Origin: Planctomycetota bacterium
GTDB lineage: Bacteria; Planctomycetota; GCA-002687715; CAIWVZ01
Length of the DNA stretch: 64,000 nt
Direction: 5' to 3'
Assembly (NCBI GenBank): GCA_044222185.1
Contig: JBGANV010000002.1
Span: forward strand, 608,001-672,000
Part shown: positions 39,504 to 47,776 of the stretch, in pieces
Layout: every line of letters starts with the position of its first letter
How positions within the stretch are numbered: the first letter of the stretch is position 1
The notes under the pieces: model-generated
What the model was told of the DNA's origin: nothing
What the model saw: the letters and a program-made list of their open reading frames with translations, nothing else
The model's database searches: none
Translations under genes and position numbers: made by a program

Positions 39504-40694
39504 ATGAGACCGATTCGTGAGCTTCTCGTTTTGACAGTGCTCGCGTCCCTCGCGCTGGCGCAGCAGCCCAATACGTCCTTTTCCTCGATGACGATCAACG
39601 GCATCGACGGCTCACCGTTCCCGATCCAGCAGAACGTGCGCCGGAACACGACCGCCGCGTTCACGATCCACGGGTATGGCGCGTCGGGGTCGTACCCGCT
39701 CGGCCAGCCATTCATGCTCGTGCAGTCTGCAAACGGCCAGCTCTCGCCTGGCTCTGCGACCTACTTCGGGGACCAGTTCGACCTGCCGCTCACACCGGCC
39801 CCGGTGATCATCGCCGACTCGCGGACGAACCCGGCCTTCCACACGGACCCGTCATCGGGCGCCTTCACGTTCAACGTGTTCGTCCCCGGCACGACTGCGC
39901 TCAACACGAGTGCCGCGTTCCAGGCCGCGATCGCGGATCCGACGTCTCCCCTCGGTTTCAGCCTTACGGCGGCGACCCGAGTGACGATCGTGGCCGGACC
40001 GACGATCGTCAACCTGCAGACTGGGATCGGGACCTACGGCGACAGCCAGATCACGAGCGTGAATCTCGCGTCGTCCTCCATGAGCCTGCCGTTCTACGGC
40101 ACCAACTACACGACCGTTCACATCTCGGGCGATGGCTACATGACCTTCGGTGGGGGCCCGTCGCCGGACTTCACGCCGACCGACATCGAGATGCGAGCGG
40201 GGCCGCCGCGCCTCGCGGCGTTTTGGGTCGACCTCGACCAGGGAGTCGGTGAGACCGTTCGCTACACCCTCGACAACAACCCGGGGCCGGGGCAGAACGG
40301 CTTCCTGCTCGTCGAGTTCATCGGTGTCTCCGATGCCGGTGGCGTGAACTACACGCACACGTTTTCGTGGTTCATGGACACGTCCGGGTTCATCGACATC
40401 TATTACTCGCCAGCGAACTCGGCGAGCACCTACGACACGCTTTGCGGGATCGGACCAGGCAACAGCTTGAGCTCGCACGGCATGAAGGATCTCTCGTCCC
40501 TCCTTCAGCCGAACTCGCTGCTCGGTGCGAACAACGAGAGCTTCTTCGAGTGGTTCGGCCTCACGACGATGCCGTACTACACGCCGACGCCGCTCGTGAA
40601 CCGGCCCTACGACCTGTTCACGCGGCATCTCAACTTCCTTCCGCAGGGAACCGGCACGACCACGCAGTCGACGAGCCGCTACGCGATCTACTGA
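39504..40694 (+). CDS. Secreted protein, paralog 3 of 3
   Basis: GGAG RBS and the same architecture as paralogs 1 and 2, but more diverged. Ends STSRYAIY. Confidence 0.85.
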   Translation: MRPIRELLVLTVLASLALAQQPNTSFSSMTINGIDGSPFPIQQNVRRNTTAAFTIHGYGASGSYPLGQPFMLVQSANGQLSPGSATYFGDQFDLPLTPAPVIIADSRTNPAFHTDPSSGAFTFNVFVPGTTALNTSAAFQAAIADPTSPLGFSLTAATRVTIVAGPTIVNLQTGIGTYGDSQITSVNLASSSMSLPFYGTNYTTVHISGDGYMTFGGGPSPDFTPTDIEMRAGPPRLAAFWVDLDQGVGETVRYTLDNNPGPGQNGFLLVEFIGVSDAGGVNYTHTFSWFMDTSGFIDIYYSPANSASTYDTLCGIGPGNSLSSHGMKDLSSLLQPNSLLGANNESFFEWFGLTTMPYYTPTPLVNRPYDLFTRHLNFLPQGTGTTTQSTSRYAIY

Positions 40695-40708
40695 AGCCCA
40701 CGCGTGAA

Positions 40709-40737
40709 CCCCATCGCGGGGTCGCACCGCGATGGGG
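40709..40737. terminator. Hairpin between convergent genes
   Basis: 11-bp stem: CCCCATCGCGG-ggtcgca-CCGCGATGGGG. Confidence 0.6.
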
Positions 40738-40749
40738 CCGATCTGCCCG

Positions 40750-41931
40750 TCACGACGACGCTGCGTGGATGGTCTGACGTCCGCGAGCGATCGCCGCGAG
40801 CCCGTCCGACAGATCCTCGACGAGGTCACGAACGTCCTCGATCCCGACCGAGAGGCGGATCAGAGCGTCGCTCAGCCCTCGTGACCGCCGCTCAGCCGCT
40901 GGAATGGACGCGTGAGTCATCGTGGCGGGATGACACACGAGCGACTTCACGCCACCGAGCGACTCACCGAGCTTGAAGAAGCGCCGCGTCGCGACGAACT
41001 CGCGGACCGCTTCTGGTGATGCGTCGAGCTCCACGGAGACGACACCACCGAAACCCGTCATCTGGCGTGCCGCGACGTGGTGGTTCGCGTGCGACTCGAG
41101 CCCGGGATAGTGAACGCGGCAGACGGCGGCCTCCGTCCCGAGATGCCGAGCCACGCGCAGCGCGTTGTCGTTGTGGCGGGCGACGCGCAACGAGAGCGTC
41201 TTCAGGCCTCGAAGCGTCAGCCAGCAGTCGAAGGGCGACGGCACGGCTCCCGTCGCGTTCTGAAGGAACCGGATCGGCGCGAAGTGCGACTCGTTCGCCG
41301 CCAGCACGGCGCCTTGGATCACGTCGGAGTGGCCTGCGAGGTACTTCGTCACCGAGTGGATCACGATGTCGGCGCCGAGGCGGAACGGGAGTTGGTTGAC
41401 GGGAGACGCGAACGTGTTGTCGACCACCAGGAGCGCACCGCGCGAGTGGGCGACGTCCGCCACGGCCCGGATGTCGTGCACGAGCAGCCGGGGATTCGTG
41501 GGACTCTCGAGCCACACGAGCTTCGTCTCCGGGCGGAACGCCGACTGAAACGCGGCGACGTCGTCGAAGTCGACTTGTGTGAACGCGATGCCCTTCCTGC
41601 CGTGGACGGCATTCAGCAGCCGGTACGTGCCGCCGTACACGTCCGCCGAGGTGATGACGTGGTCTCCGGGTCCGACGTGCGCTTGCAGGATGGCGTTCTC
41701 GGCCGCGAGTCCGCTGGCGAAGACGGCCGCGTGCTCGACTCCCTCGAGCGACGCGAGGACGCGCTCGAGGGTTTGGCGCGTCGGGTTGTTCGTGCGCGAG
41801 TAGTCGAATCCCTTGTGCCTGCCCGGCGATTCCTGGGCGAACGTGGATGTCTGGCAGATCGGAGTGGCGATGGAGCCGGTGGTTGGGTCGGGGTCCTGGG
41901 CGAAGTGGATGGCGAGTGTGTCGAAGTGCAT
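40750..41931 (-). CDS. Cystathionine gamma-synthase/gamma-lyase family PLP enzyme
   Basis: YSRTNNPTR, FASGLAA, ESPTNP, VDNTF, HSVTKYLAGHSD (PLP lysine), ESLGGV and IRLSVGIE motifs. Confidence 0.93.
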   Translation of the reverse strand: MHFDTLAIHFAQDPDPTTGSIATPICQTSTFAQESPGRHKGFDYSRTNNPTRQTLERVLASLEGVEHAAVFASGLAAENAILQAHVGPGDHVITSADVYGGTYRLLNAVHGRKGIAFTQVDFDDVAAFQSAFRPETKLVWLESPTNPRLLVHDIRAVADVAHSRGALLVVDNTFASPVNQLPFRLGADIVIHSVTKYLAGHSDVIQGAVLAANESHFAPIRFLQNATGAVPSPFDCWLTLRGLKTLSLRVARHNDNALRVARHLGTEAAVCRVHYPGLESHANHHVAARQMTGFGGVVSVELDASPEAVREFVATRRFFKLGESLGGVKSLVCHPATMTHASIPAAERRSRGLSDALIRLSVGIEDVRDLVEDLSDGLAAIARGRQTIHAASS

Positions 41932-41943
41932 GATTTCGCTCCT

Positions 41944-42978
41944 TCAGCGAGCTGCGAGTTGATCGATTCCCGATTCGAGGACGAGCCGGCGGTGGAGTGC
42001 GTGCATGACGCGGCACCCCGCGGGTTGGGCTACGGAGAACGTGATGCGATGGGGCGAGGACGACTCGACCCGCGCCGTTGGCTCCGCGTCCGTCGCGATC
42101 CGCGCTGCGTGATGCCGCCGTTCGGGATCACGCCAGCGGTCGTGGCCGACGAGTGAGATCAGGGCCAGCTCGCGCTCGCCCTCCACGGCCGTCCGCGAAG
42201 TGATCGCCGTGACGGCCGGCGAGTCATCTGGCGGGAGGCGGTGGAGTTCGGTCGCGCGCTCGTCGTCGAGGGCGCGCAAGCGCACGCGGCACGGCTGGGC
42301 GCGAACCCACTGGATGGCGCGATCCTGCAGGAATCGGCAGCCAGCTCGAGCGAGTTCCAGCGCCTCGTCGACCGTGACGTGCGGTCGATGAATGCAGTCC
42401 TCGACGATCGCGGGATCGGCCGAGAAATAGCCCGGGACATCCTTGAAGAACTCGCACGCGTCCGCGCCGAGCGACTCGGCAAGCGCCATCGCAGACAGGT
42501 CCGACCCACCGCGACCGAGAGTCGTGATGCGGTCATCCCAGCTCCGGCCGACGAATCCGGGAACCACCACGACGGGCCATCGGCCCAGACGCGCCTTCAG
42601 GAGGAGAGGATTCACACGGAGGTGTTCCGTGTCTCCCCGCCGTCCGTCCGTCTCGATGCCGATCTGAAGAGGATTCAGCGCGACGGCTCCGATGCCGAGT
42701 CGCCGGAGGTTGAGTGCGAGGAGCGCTGCGCTCGTGACTTCGCCGGTCGAAGCGAGGAGGTCGATGCTGTCTCGCGTCGCGTCGTCGTCGGAGTCAGCCG
42801 GTCCCGCCGAACGCGCGAGCGCGAGAAGCGAATCGGTGACGCCGCGCCGTGCCGAGACGACGGCGACGACCCTGCTTCCCGTCTCGACCGTCGAGCGGAT
42901 CCGCCGAGCTGCGGCAACGATTGCCTCGTCGGACGAGAGAACGGAGCCACCGTACTTCTGGACGAGGAGCGAGGTCAT
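41944..42978 (-). CDS. Aspartate kinase (short form)
   Basis: VQKYGGS, STGE, VVPGF, TTLGRGGSD and DVPGYFSADP motifs. Short C-terminal region with ISLVG. Confidence 0.88.
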   Translation of the reverse strand: MTSLLVQKYGGSVLSSDEAIVAAARRIRSTVETGSRVVAVVSARRGVTDSLLALARSAGPADSDDDATRDSIDLLASTGEVTSAALLALNLRRLGIGAVALNPLQIGIETDGRRGDTEHLRVNPLLLKARLGRWPVVVVPGFVGRSWDDRITTLGRGGSDLSAMALAESLGADACEFFKDVPGYFSADPAIVEDCIHRPHVTVDEALELARAGCRFLQDRAIQWVRAQPCRVRLRALDDERATELHRLPPDDSPAVTAITSRTAVEGERELALISLVGHDRWRDPERRHHAARIATDAEPTARVESSSPHRITFSVAQPAGCRVMHALHRRLVLESGIDQLAAR

Positions 42979-44333
42979 GAGTCACCTCCCGCCGCGGCGA
43001 TCCGGAAGAAGCGCGAGCGAGCGATTCCATCCACGGCGTCCAACGTCTGTCGAACGGAAGCGACCCGGCCAGTCGCTACCGGGCGGGTGATGCCCGCGAC
43101 CGTGTGGGCCCGGCCGTCGACCGTCCTTCTGAGTTCGTCGAAGCGCACGCCGGCCGCCGCGAGGTAATCCAGAAGGTCCGACGGCACGACACGGTCCGCG
43201 TCAGCCGAGACCGAGACGAACCATTGCGGATCCGGCGTCGGGCGCGCGTCTCCGGGTCGCGCCACGATTCGCGATGCGGGCCACGGCGCCGAGCCCCGCG
43301 TCACGCGAAGCACGTCGTCGAGGAGTGCCGCAGCCGTGGGTTCTGGACCCGCTCCGGGTCCCGACAGGAAGATCGGACCCGTGCCGTCGCACGAGAACAC
43401 GATGCCGTTCTCAGGACCTTCGACGGTCGCGAGCGGACCGCGGGCGGGAACGCATGCGGGTGCTACCCACGCGTCGAGATCGGAGCCGGCCCGTGCGGCG
43501 GCAAGCGGCTTGAGCGCGTACCCGAAGTCCGCGGCACTCAGGATGTCGATGCGATCCACGCCTCCGATTCCCTCGACGGCGATGGCCTCCGAGTCGAGCG
43601 CGCGGCCGAAGATCCGCTCGCAGAGCACGGAGACCTTCCGGGCCGAGTCACGCCCGTCGAGGTCGGCACTGGCGTCGGGTTCGGCGAGCCCGAGGCCGCG
43701 CGCCCGCTCGAGCGCGGCCGCGAGCGTGGCCCCCGTTCGTGCCATGGCGCTCAGCACGAAATTCGACGTGCCGTTCAGGATCGCCTCGAACGAACGGATT
43801 TCGCTCGTCTGCAGCGCTCCGTTCAGGACGTGGAACAGGGGAATGCCTGCGGCGACGCTTGCTTCACACTCGATTCGTGCCCCGGCACGTGCCGCAATCG
43901 CCCGCAGGTTCGCGCCGGCGCGTGCCAGCAGTTCCTTGTTGGCCGTGACGACGGGTGTTCCGCGTTGCAGCAGCCTGGAGATCAACGGGACCACGGGCTC
44001 GACGACGCCGGTCGCTTCCACGACGACGTCGAAGATCCGGGATTCGAACTCCGCGGCATCATCGACGATGCGCGACGATCCGCAGCCGGCTTCGCGCGAG
44101 CGGCGCGCGTCACGAACGAGCACGTCCGTGATGACGAACGCGCAGCCGTGGCGGGCAGTGACCTCATCCGCGCGGTCGCGAAGGCGCTGCGCGAACGCTG
44201 CGCCGATGCGGCCCAGGCCGATCAGACCGATGGTGAGCGTGCGCGGCCTCAGCGGGCGAACCCCGAGCGGGTCAGCGGGTGCTGCGGTACGCGCGTCAGG
44301 AAACGGTTGGGTTTGTGAAAGGGTCGACGTCAT
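42975..44333 (-). CDS. hom: Homoserine dehydrogenase
   Basis: GLIGLGRIG, VVTANK, EASVAAGIP, ILNGTSNF, AEPDASADLDGRD and GPGAGPEPTA motifs. Confidence 0.92.
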   Translation of the reverse strand: MTSTLSQTQPFPDARTAAPADPLGVRPLRPRTLTIGLIGLGRIGAAFAQRLRDRADEVTARHGCAFVITDVLVRDARRSREAGCGSSRIVDDAAEFESRIFDVVVEATGVVEPVVPLISRLLQRGTPVVTANKELLARAGANLRAIAARAGARIECEASVAAGIPLFHVLNGALQTSEIRSFEAILNGTSNFVLSAMARTGATLAAALERARGLGLAEPDASADLDGRDSARKVSVLCERIFGRALDSEAIAVEGIGGVDRIDILSAADFGYALKPLAAARAGSDLDAWVAPACVPARGPLATVEGPENGIVFSCDGTGPIFLSGPGAGPEPTAAALLDDVLRVTRGSAPWPASRIVARPGDARPTPDPQWFVSVSADADRVVPSDLLDYLAAAGVRFDELRRTVDGRAHTVAGITRPVATGRVASVRQTLDAVDGIARSRFFRIAAAGGDS

Positions 44334-44459
44334 GGCGCTTTCTCGAGTGAACTCGGAAAACGCCCGTCGGGGCCTCCGTCACGCGATCGACCGACCATGT
44401 GACGGAGAGAGGTCGGGATCGCGCCTGCCGTTGGGGGACGAGAGGCATCGTCCCGGTAC

Positions 44460-44562
44460 CTTCATCTCTCCCGAACGGGCAGGATTTAGCACCTTGTCAC
44501 GTGGTTGCGCGACAGGCTGCTGCAGCTTCAAAGGGCCAGTCCCTCGGCTGCTCTGGATGAAA
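44460..44562 (-). ncRNA. SAM-I (S-box) riboswitch
   Basis: The minus strand reads TTCATCCAGAGCAGCCGAGGGACTGGCCCTTTGAAGCTGCAGCAGCC...GGTGCTAAATCCTGCC...AGATGAAG, matching the S-box consensus. It lies upstream of a methionine-pathway operon. Confidence 0.93.
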
Positions 44563-44735
44563 GAACCGGTCTCGTTTCAAAAGAACGGCGAAGCCGCACG
44601 GGGCTTCGAACAGGGGCGCAGGTTATGGGCGACACCTCCTCGATTCAAGCCGGTCGGTGTGCAACGGCGTTCGGTCGGATGGCGTGGAGGCTGGAGGTCG
44701 TGCGGAGTTACGGCCGATAGAATGCCGGGCGCGAG

Positions 44736-45662
44736 ATGAAACAAGAACGGGAGCACAACGCGACATCCGCTCCCTTGCTGCGCTTGTTGGCGCGGGGGCG
44801 GCCGGAGCAGGTGTGCGCCGCAGCGATCGTGCTCGGCGCGCTGAAACCTGCGACGCCCCGTGTGTTGCGAGCGCTTCAGCGGGCCTTCGCGGTGGCTCCC
44901 GTGAGCGTTCGCCCGTACGTGCTCGAGGCCATCGGACATCAGGGCCTGAAGGCGGCGATCCACATCCTCGTTCCCATGCTCGTCACCACCGGGCCCACGC
45001 GCGACCAGGCGGCGCAACTCGTCGCCGAATGGGGCGCAGCGGCGGTACCGCATCTGCGACGTGCAGCGGAGAGGCTTTCACCGATCGAGCGCGCCATCCT
45101 CGTTCGTGTCGCGTTGCGCACGGCGTCGCCCGCCGCGATCGATTGGTTCGCGGCGGAACTGGCCCGGAGTTCCGATGGTGCGGCGCGTGCACTGTTCGTC
45201 GCCATGCGCCCGCTGATCCGGAAGCTTGCCGTGTCGCGCCGCCAGGCCCTCGGCCGCGCCCTGCTCTCCGGGATCGAGAGGGATTGGGCGACCATGGGCG
45301 GCGTTGCGCGCTCGGCGCACGTCCGCCTGCTCCGACAACTCACGGCCGCCTCGTTCGCCCCTCGGCTCATGCGAGCGCTCAAGCTGCGGCGCAACGCCGA
45401 TCGTCAGGCTCCCATCCTCGCGATCCTGCACTCGACGCGCATCCCACCGCGCCTGCGCCCGGCGTTGCGTGCGCTCCTCGATCCGCTGCTCTTCGCCCAG
45501 GACGTCCGACTCCTTGCGATGCCGGCGTTCGAGATTCTCGCGCGGCAGTCGCCGCCGCTGCTCGATGCCGAGCTCCTCAGCCGAATCGCCACGTCGGCAG
45601 CCGCGCCTGTGCAGGCTGCGGCGCTCGAGTATGCGGCGAGTGCGGCCACCGTCGCCCGGTGA
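44736..45662 (+). CDS. Hypothetical helical (HEAT-repeat-like) protein
   Basis: Ala/Leu/Arg-rich amphipathic helices (CAAAIVLGALK; VLEAIGHQG). No firm family assignment. Confidence 0.5.
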   Translation: MKQEREHNATSAPLLRLLARGRPEQVCAAAIVLGALKPATPRVLRALQRAFAVAPVSVRPYVLEAIGHQGLKAAIHILVPMLVTTGPTRDQAAQLVAEWGAAAVPHLRRAAERLSPIERAILVRVALRTASPAAIDWFAAELARSSDGAARALFVAMRPLIRKLAVSRRQALGRALLSGIERDWATMGGVARSAHVRLLRQLTAASFAPRLMRALKLRRNADRQAPILAILHSTRIPPRLRPALRALLDPLLFAQDVRLLAMPAFEILARQSPPLLDAELLSRIATSAAAPVQAAALEYAASAATVAR

Positions 45663-45689
45663 TCGCGGAGGGCTTGCGCGCCCGCCGGG

Positions 45690-47441
45690 TCAGAACTGAA
45701 TGATGGCCTGGAAGTAGATCGCGAACGCCGCTTCGCCACCTGCGTGGGGCGAACCGTCGGTGGGCACCGGGAAGAACAACGCGTTCGACATCGCCGTGGC
45801 AGTCTCGCCCGGGAAGAAGATCGACGCGTTGGCGCTGAACAGCACGTTCTCGTTGTAGAAGTACGTGGCGAAGACGTCGATCTCCTGCCCGAACACGCCG
45901 GTACCCCAGCCCTCGTTGTCGGCGGTGATCGCGTACAGGAACCCCGCGCCCAGCTCGATGTCCTCGGACACCAGCATGGACCCCGCGAACTTGGCGATGT
46001 GGATGTTCGCCATGGGGATCTGGTCCATGTTCCCGTAGCGGCCGCCGCCCGGGAAATAGGGGTGCTGGATGTCGTCGCGGTCGACGCGAGTGACGCGTTC
46101 GAAGTGACGGTTGACGTAGAGCGGCTGGAATCCGATGTCGCCCGATGCGAGGCCGTCACCGCCCTGGGCGTAGTAGTAGCCGAGCGCGAGGATCGGCTTC
46201 AGGCTCCCTGCTGGATCGATGCGGTAGTTGATCAACGCCTCGCCGACCCATCCGTGGATCGCGCGCGTATCACCCGTGAGGCTGCGCCGGCTGAACTCCT
46301 CGCCCATCTGATAGGCGGCCTCGAGGTTCAAGGAGAGGATCCCGTCGAAGACCGAGATGTCGGTCAGCAGGACCCGTCCTCCGAGCGTCCATGTCGTCCC
46401 CAGGATCGGTGGCGTGTACGTGCCGTTGAATGCGGACGCCGTCGAACCCGTGACGAAGATGTCGGATGCGTTGGGCCGCGCGTCGAAGTAGATGCCATAG
46501 CCCTCGACGGCCAGATTCTTCGCGAGCTGCGTCTCAACGTAGGCTGCCGCCAGTTCGTCCTCGTCGAAGTCGGAGAACGCGGTACCGAGCCGCCCGTCCG
46601 ACGCCGACTCCTTCGAGTAGAGCGTGGTCAGCGTCAGGTCCTTGCTGGGTGACCATTGGACGACGACCGCATCGTGGACGGTGCCGTCCGCGAACGAGTT
46701 GTTTCCGAGCATGAGCTCGTTCCCGAGGACGACCTCCTGCCGGCCGACCTTGACGTTCATGGTGTCGGCCATGATGTGCTGGAATGCCAGGTAGCCCTGG
46801 TAAAGACCGACCGCTTCGAAGGGTTCGGTGAGGATGTTGAATTGCACCGGCACTGGTACCTGCGTGCTGCTGGCGAAGCGCAGGTAGGAGTTGTTGGCGA
46901 AGGAACCGACCGATTGGAACTCGGTCAGCGCCGTGATCTGCGCGTCATTGGCGCCGCCGCTGGACCGCTCGAGGAGCACGGCGCCGAACCCCAGCCGGAA
47001 ACGGCCATTCAGCAGGATTCCGCTGTCGTCGATCGCCTTGTCGCTGTTGGAGAAATCCACGTTCGCGTGCCGGGCTTCGAAGCGGGTGCGGAAGAGACCG
47101 GTGAAGATCAACCCGCCCTGCAGGGCGCTGAAGATCGATTCGGACGGCGCCGTCTGCCCGACCTGGGGGCGGCGGTAGAAACGGTCGAGCCGCTCGACGC
47201 TCTTTTGGACCGTGTTGATCCGCTCGTTGATCGCGTTGTCCGCCTCGGGGCTGCGCTCGTCGATCTTCTGCTGCATTTCGGCGAGCTTCTGATCGAACTC
47301 GGCTTGCTGATCGGTGAGGCGCCGCTCCAGCTCGGCGACCTTGCGTTGAAGCTCCTGGACTTCCTGTTGACCGAAGAGGGGGCACGCAGCCGCCGGGAGG
47401 AAGAGCGCAACGAGAGCGACACGAGTAAGGGAGCGGTTCAT
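45690..47441 (-). CDS. Alginate-export-family-like outer-membrane beta-barrel with N-terminal coiled coil
   Basis: GAGGA RBS and signal peptide, then a coiled coil. Motifs FRTRFE, LYQGYL, VKVGRQEVVLGNELMLG, FGQEID and FFPGE. Ends IYFQAIIQF with a terminal Phe. Confidence 0.8.
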   Translation of the reverse strand: MNRSLTRVALVALFLPAAACPLFGQQEVQELQRKVAELERRLTDQQAEFDQKLAEMQQKIDERSPEADNAINERINTVQKSVERLDRFYRRPQVGQTAPSESIFSALQGGLIFTGLFRTRFEARHANVDFSNSDKAIDDSGILLNGRFRLGFGAVLLERSSGGANDAQITALTEFQSVGSFANNSYLRFASSTQVPVPVQFNILTEPFEAVGLYQGYLAFQHIMADTMNVKVGRQEVVLGNELMLGNNSFADGTVHDAVVVQWSPSKDLTLTTLYSKESASDGRLGTAFSDFDEDELAAAYVETQLAKNLAVEGYGIYFDARPNASDIFVTGSTASAFNGTYTPPILGTTWTLGGRVLLTDISVFDGILSLNLEAAYQMGEEFSRRSLTGDTRAIHGWVGEALINYRIDPAGSLKPILALGYYYAQGGDGLASGDIGFQPLYVNRHFERVTRVDRDDIQHPYFPGGGRYGNMDQIPMANIHIAKFAGSMLVSEDIELGAGFLYAITADNEGWGTGVFGQEIDVFATYFYNENVLFSANASIFFPGETATAMSNALFFPVPTDGSPHAGGEAAFAIYFQAIIQF

Positions 47442-47776
47442 CCAGTCCTCTCGGCTCCACGGGCCGATCGAGTACAGAAAAAGCTGCGCGTGGACGATCC
47501 TTCTTGTGGGGCGGACGTCGCGTCGTGCGATGGAACCGCACCTGTCTTTCGCCAAGGCACTGCCCCGGGGGCTGTCTCCGATGCTGCTCACCCGCTGGGA
47601 CGGGGCCGATCATGGATTGGACGACGGCTCCTGTCAAGACGCTCTGATCGCGCCAACCGCGCTTCAGCCTTTGCTTTGCCGCTGCCACGGTCCGCTGGTA
47701 GGATCCGCGGCTCGTCACCGCTCCGTGGCGTTTGTCGAGCTGCACGAACGGCCCCTCGGGGGGGGCCGCGCCGGCC

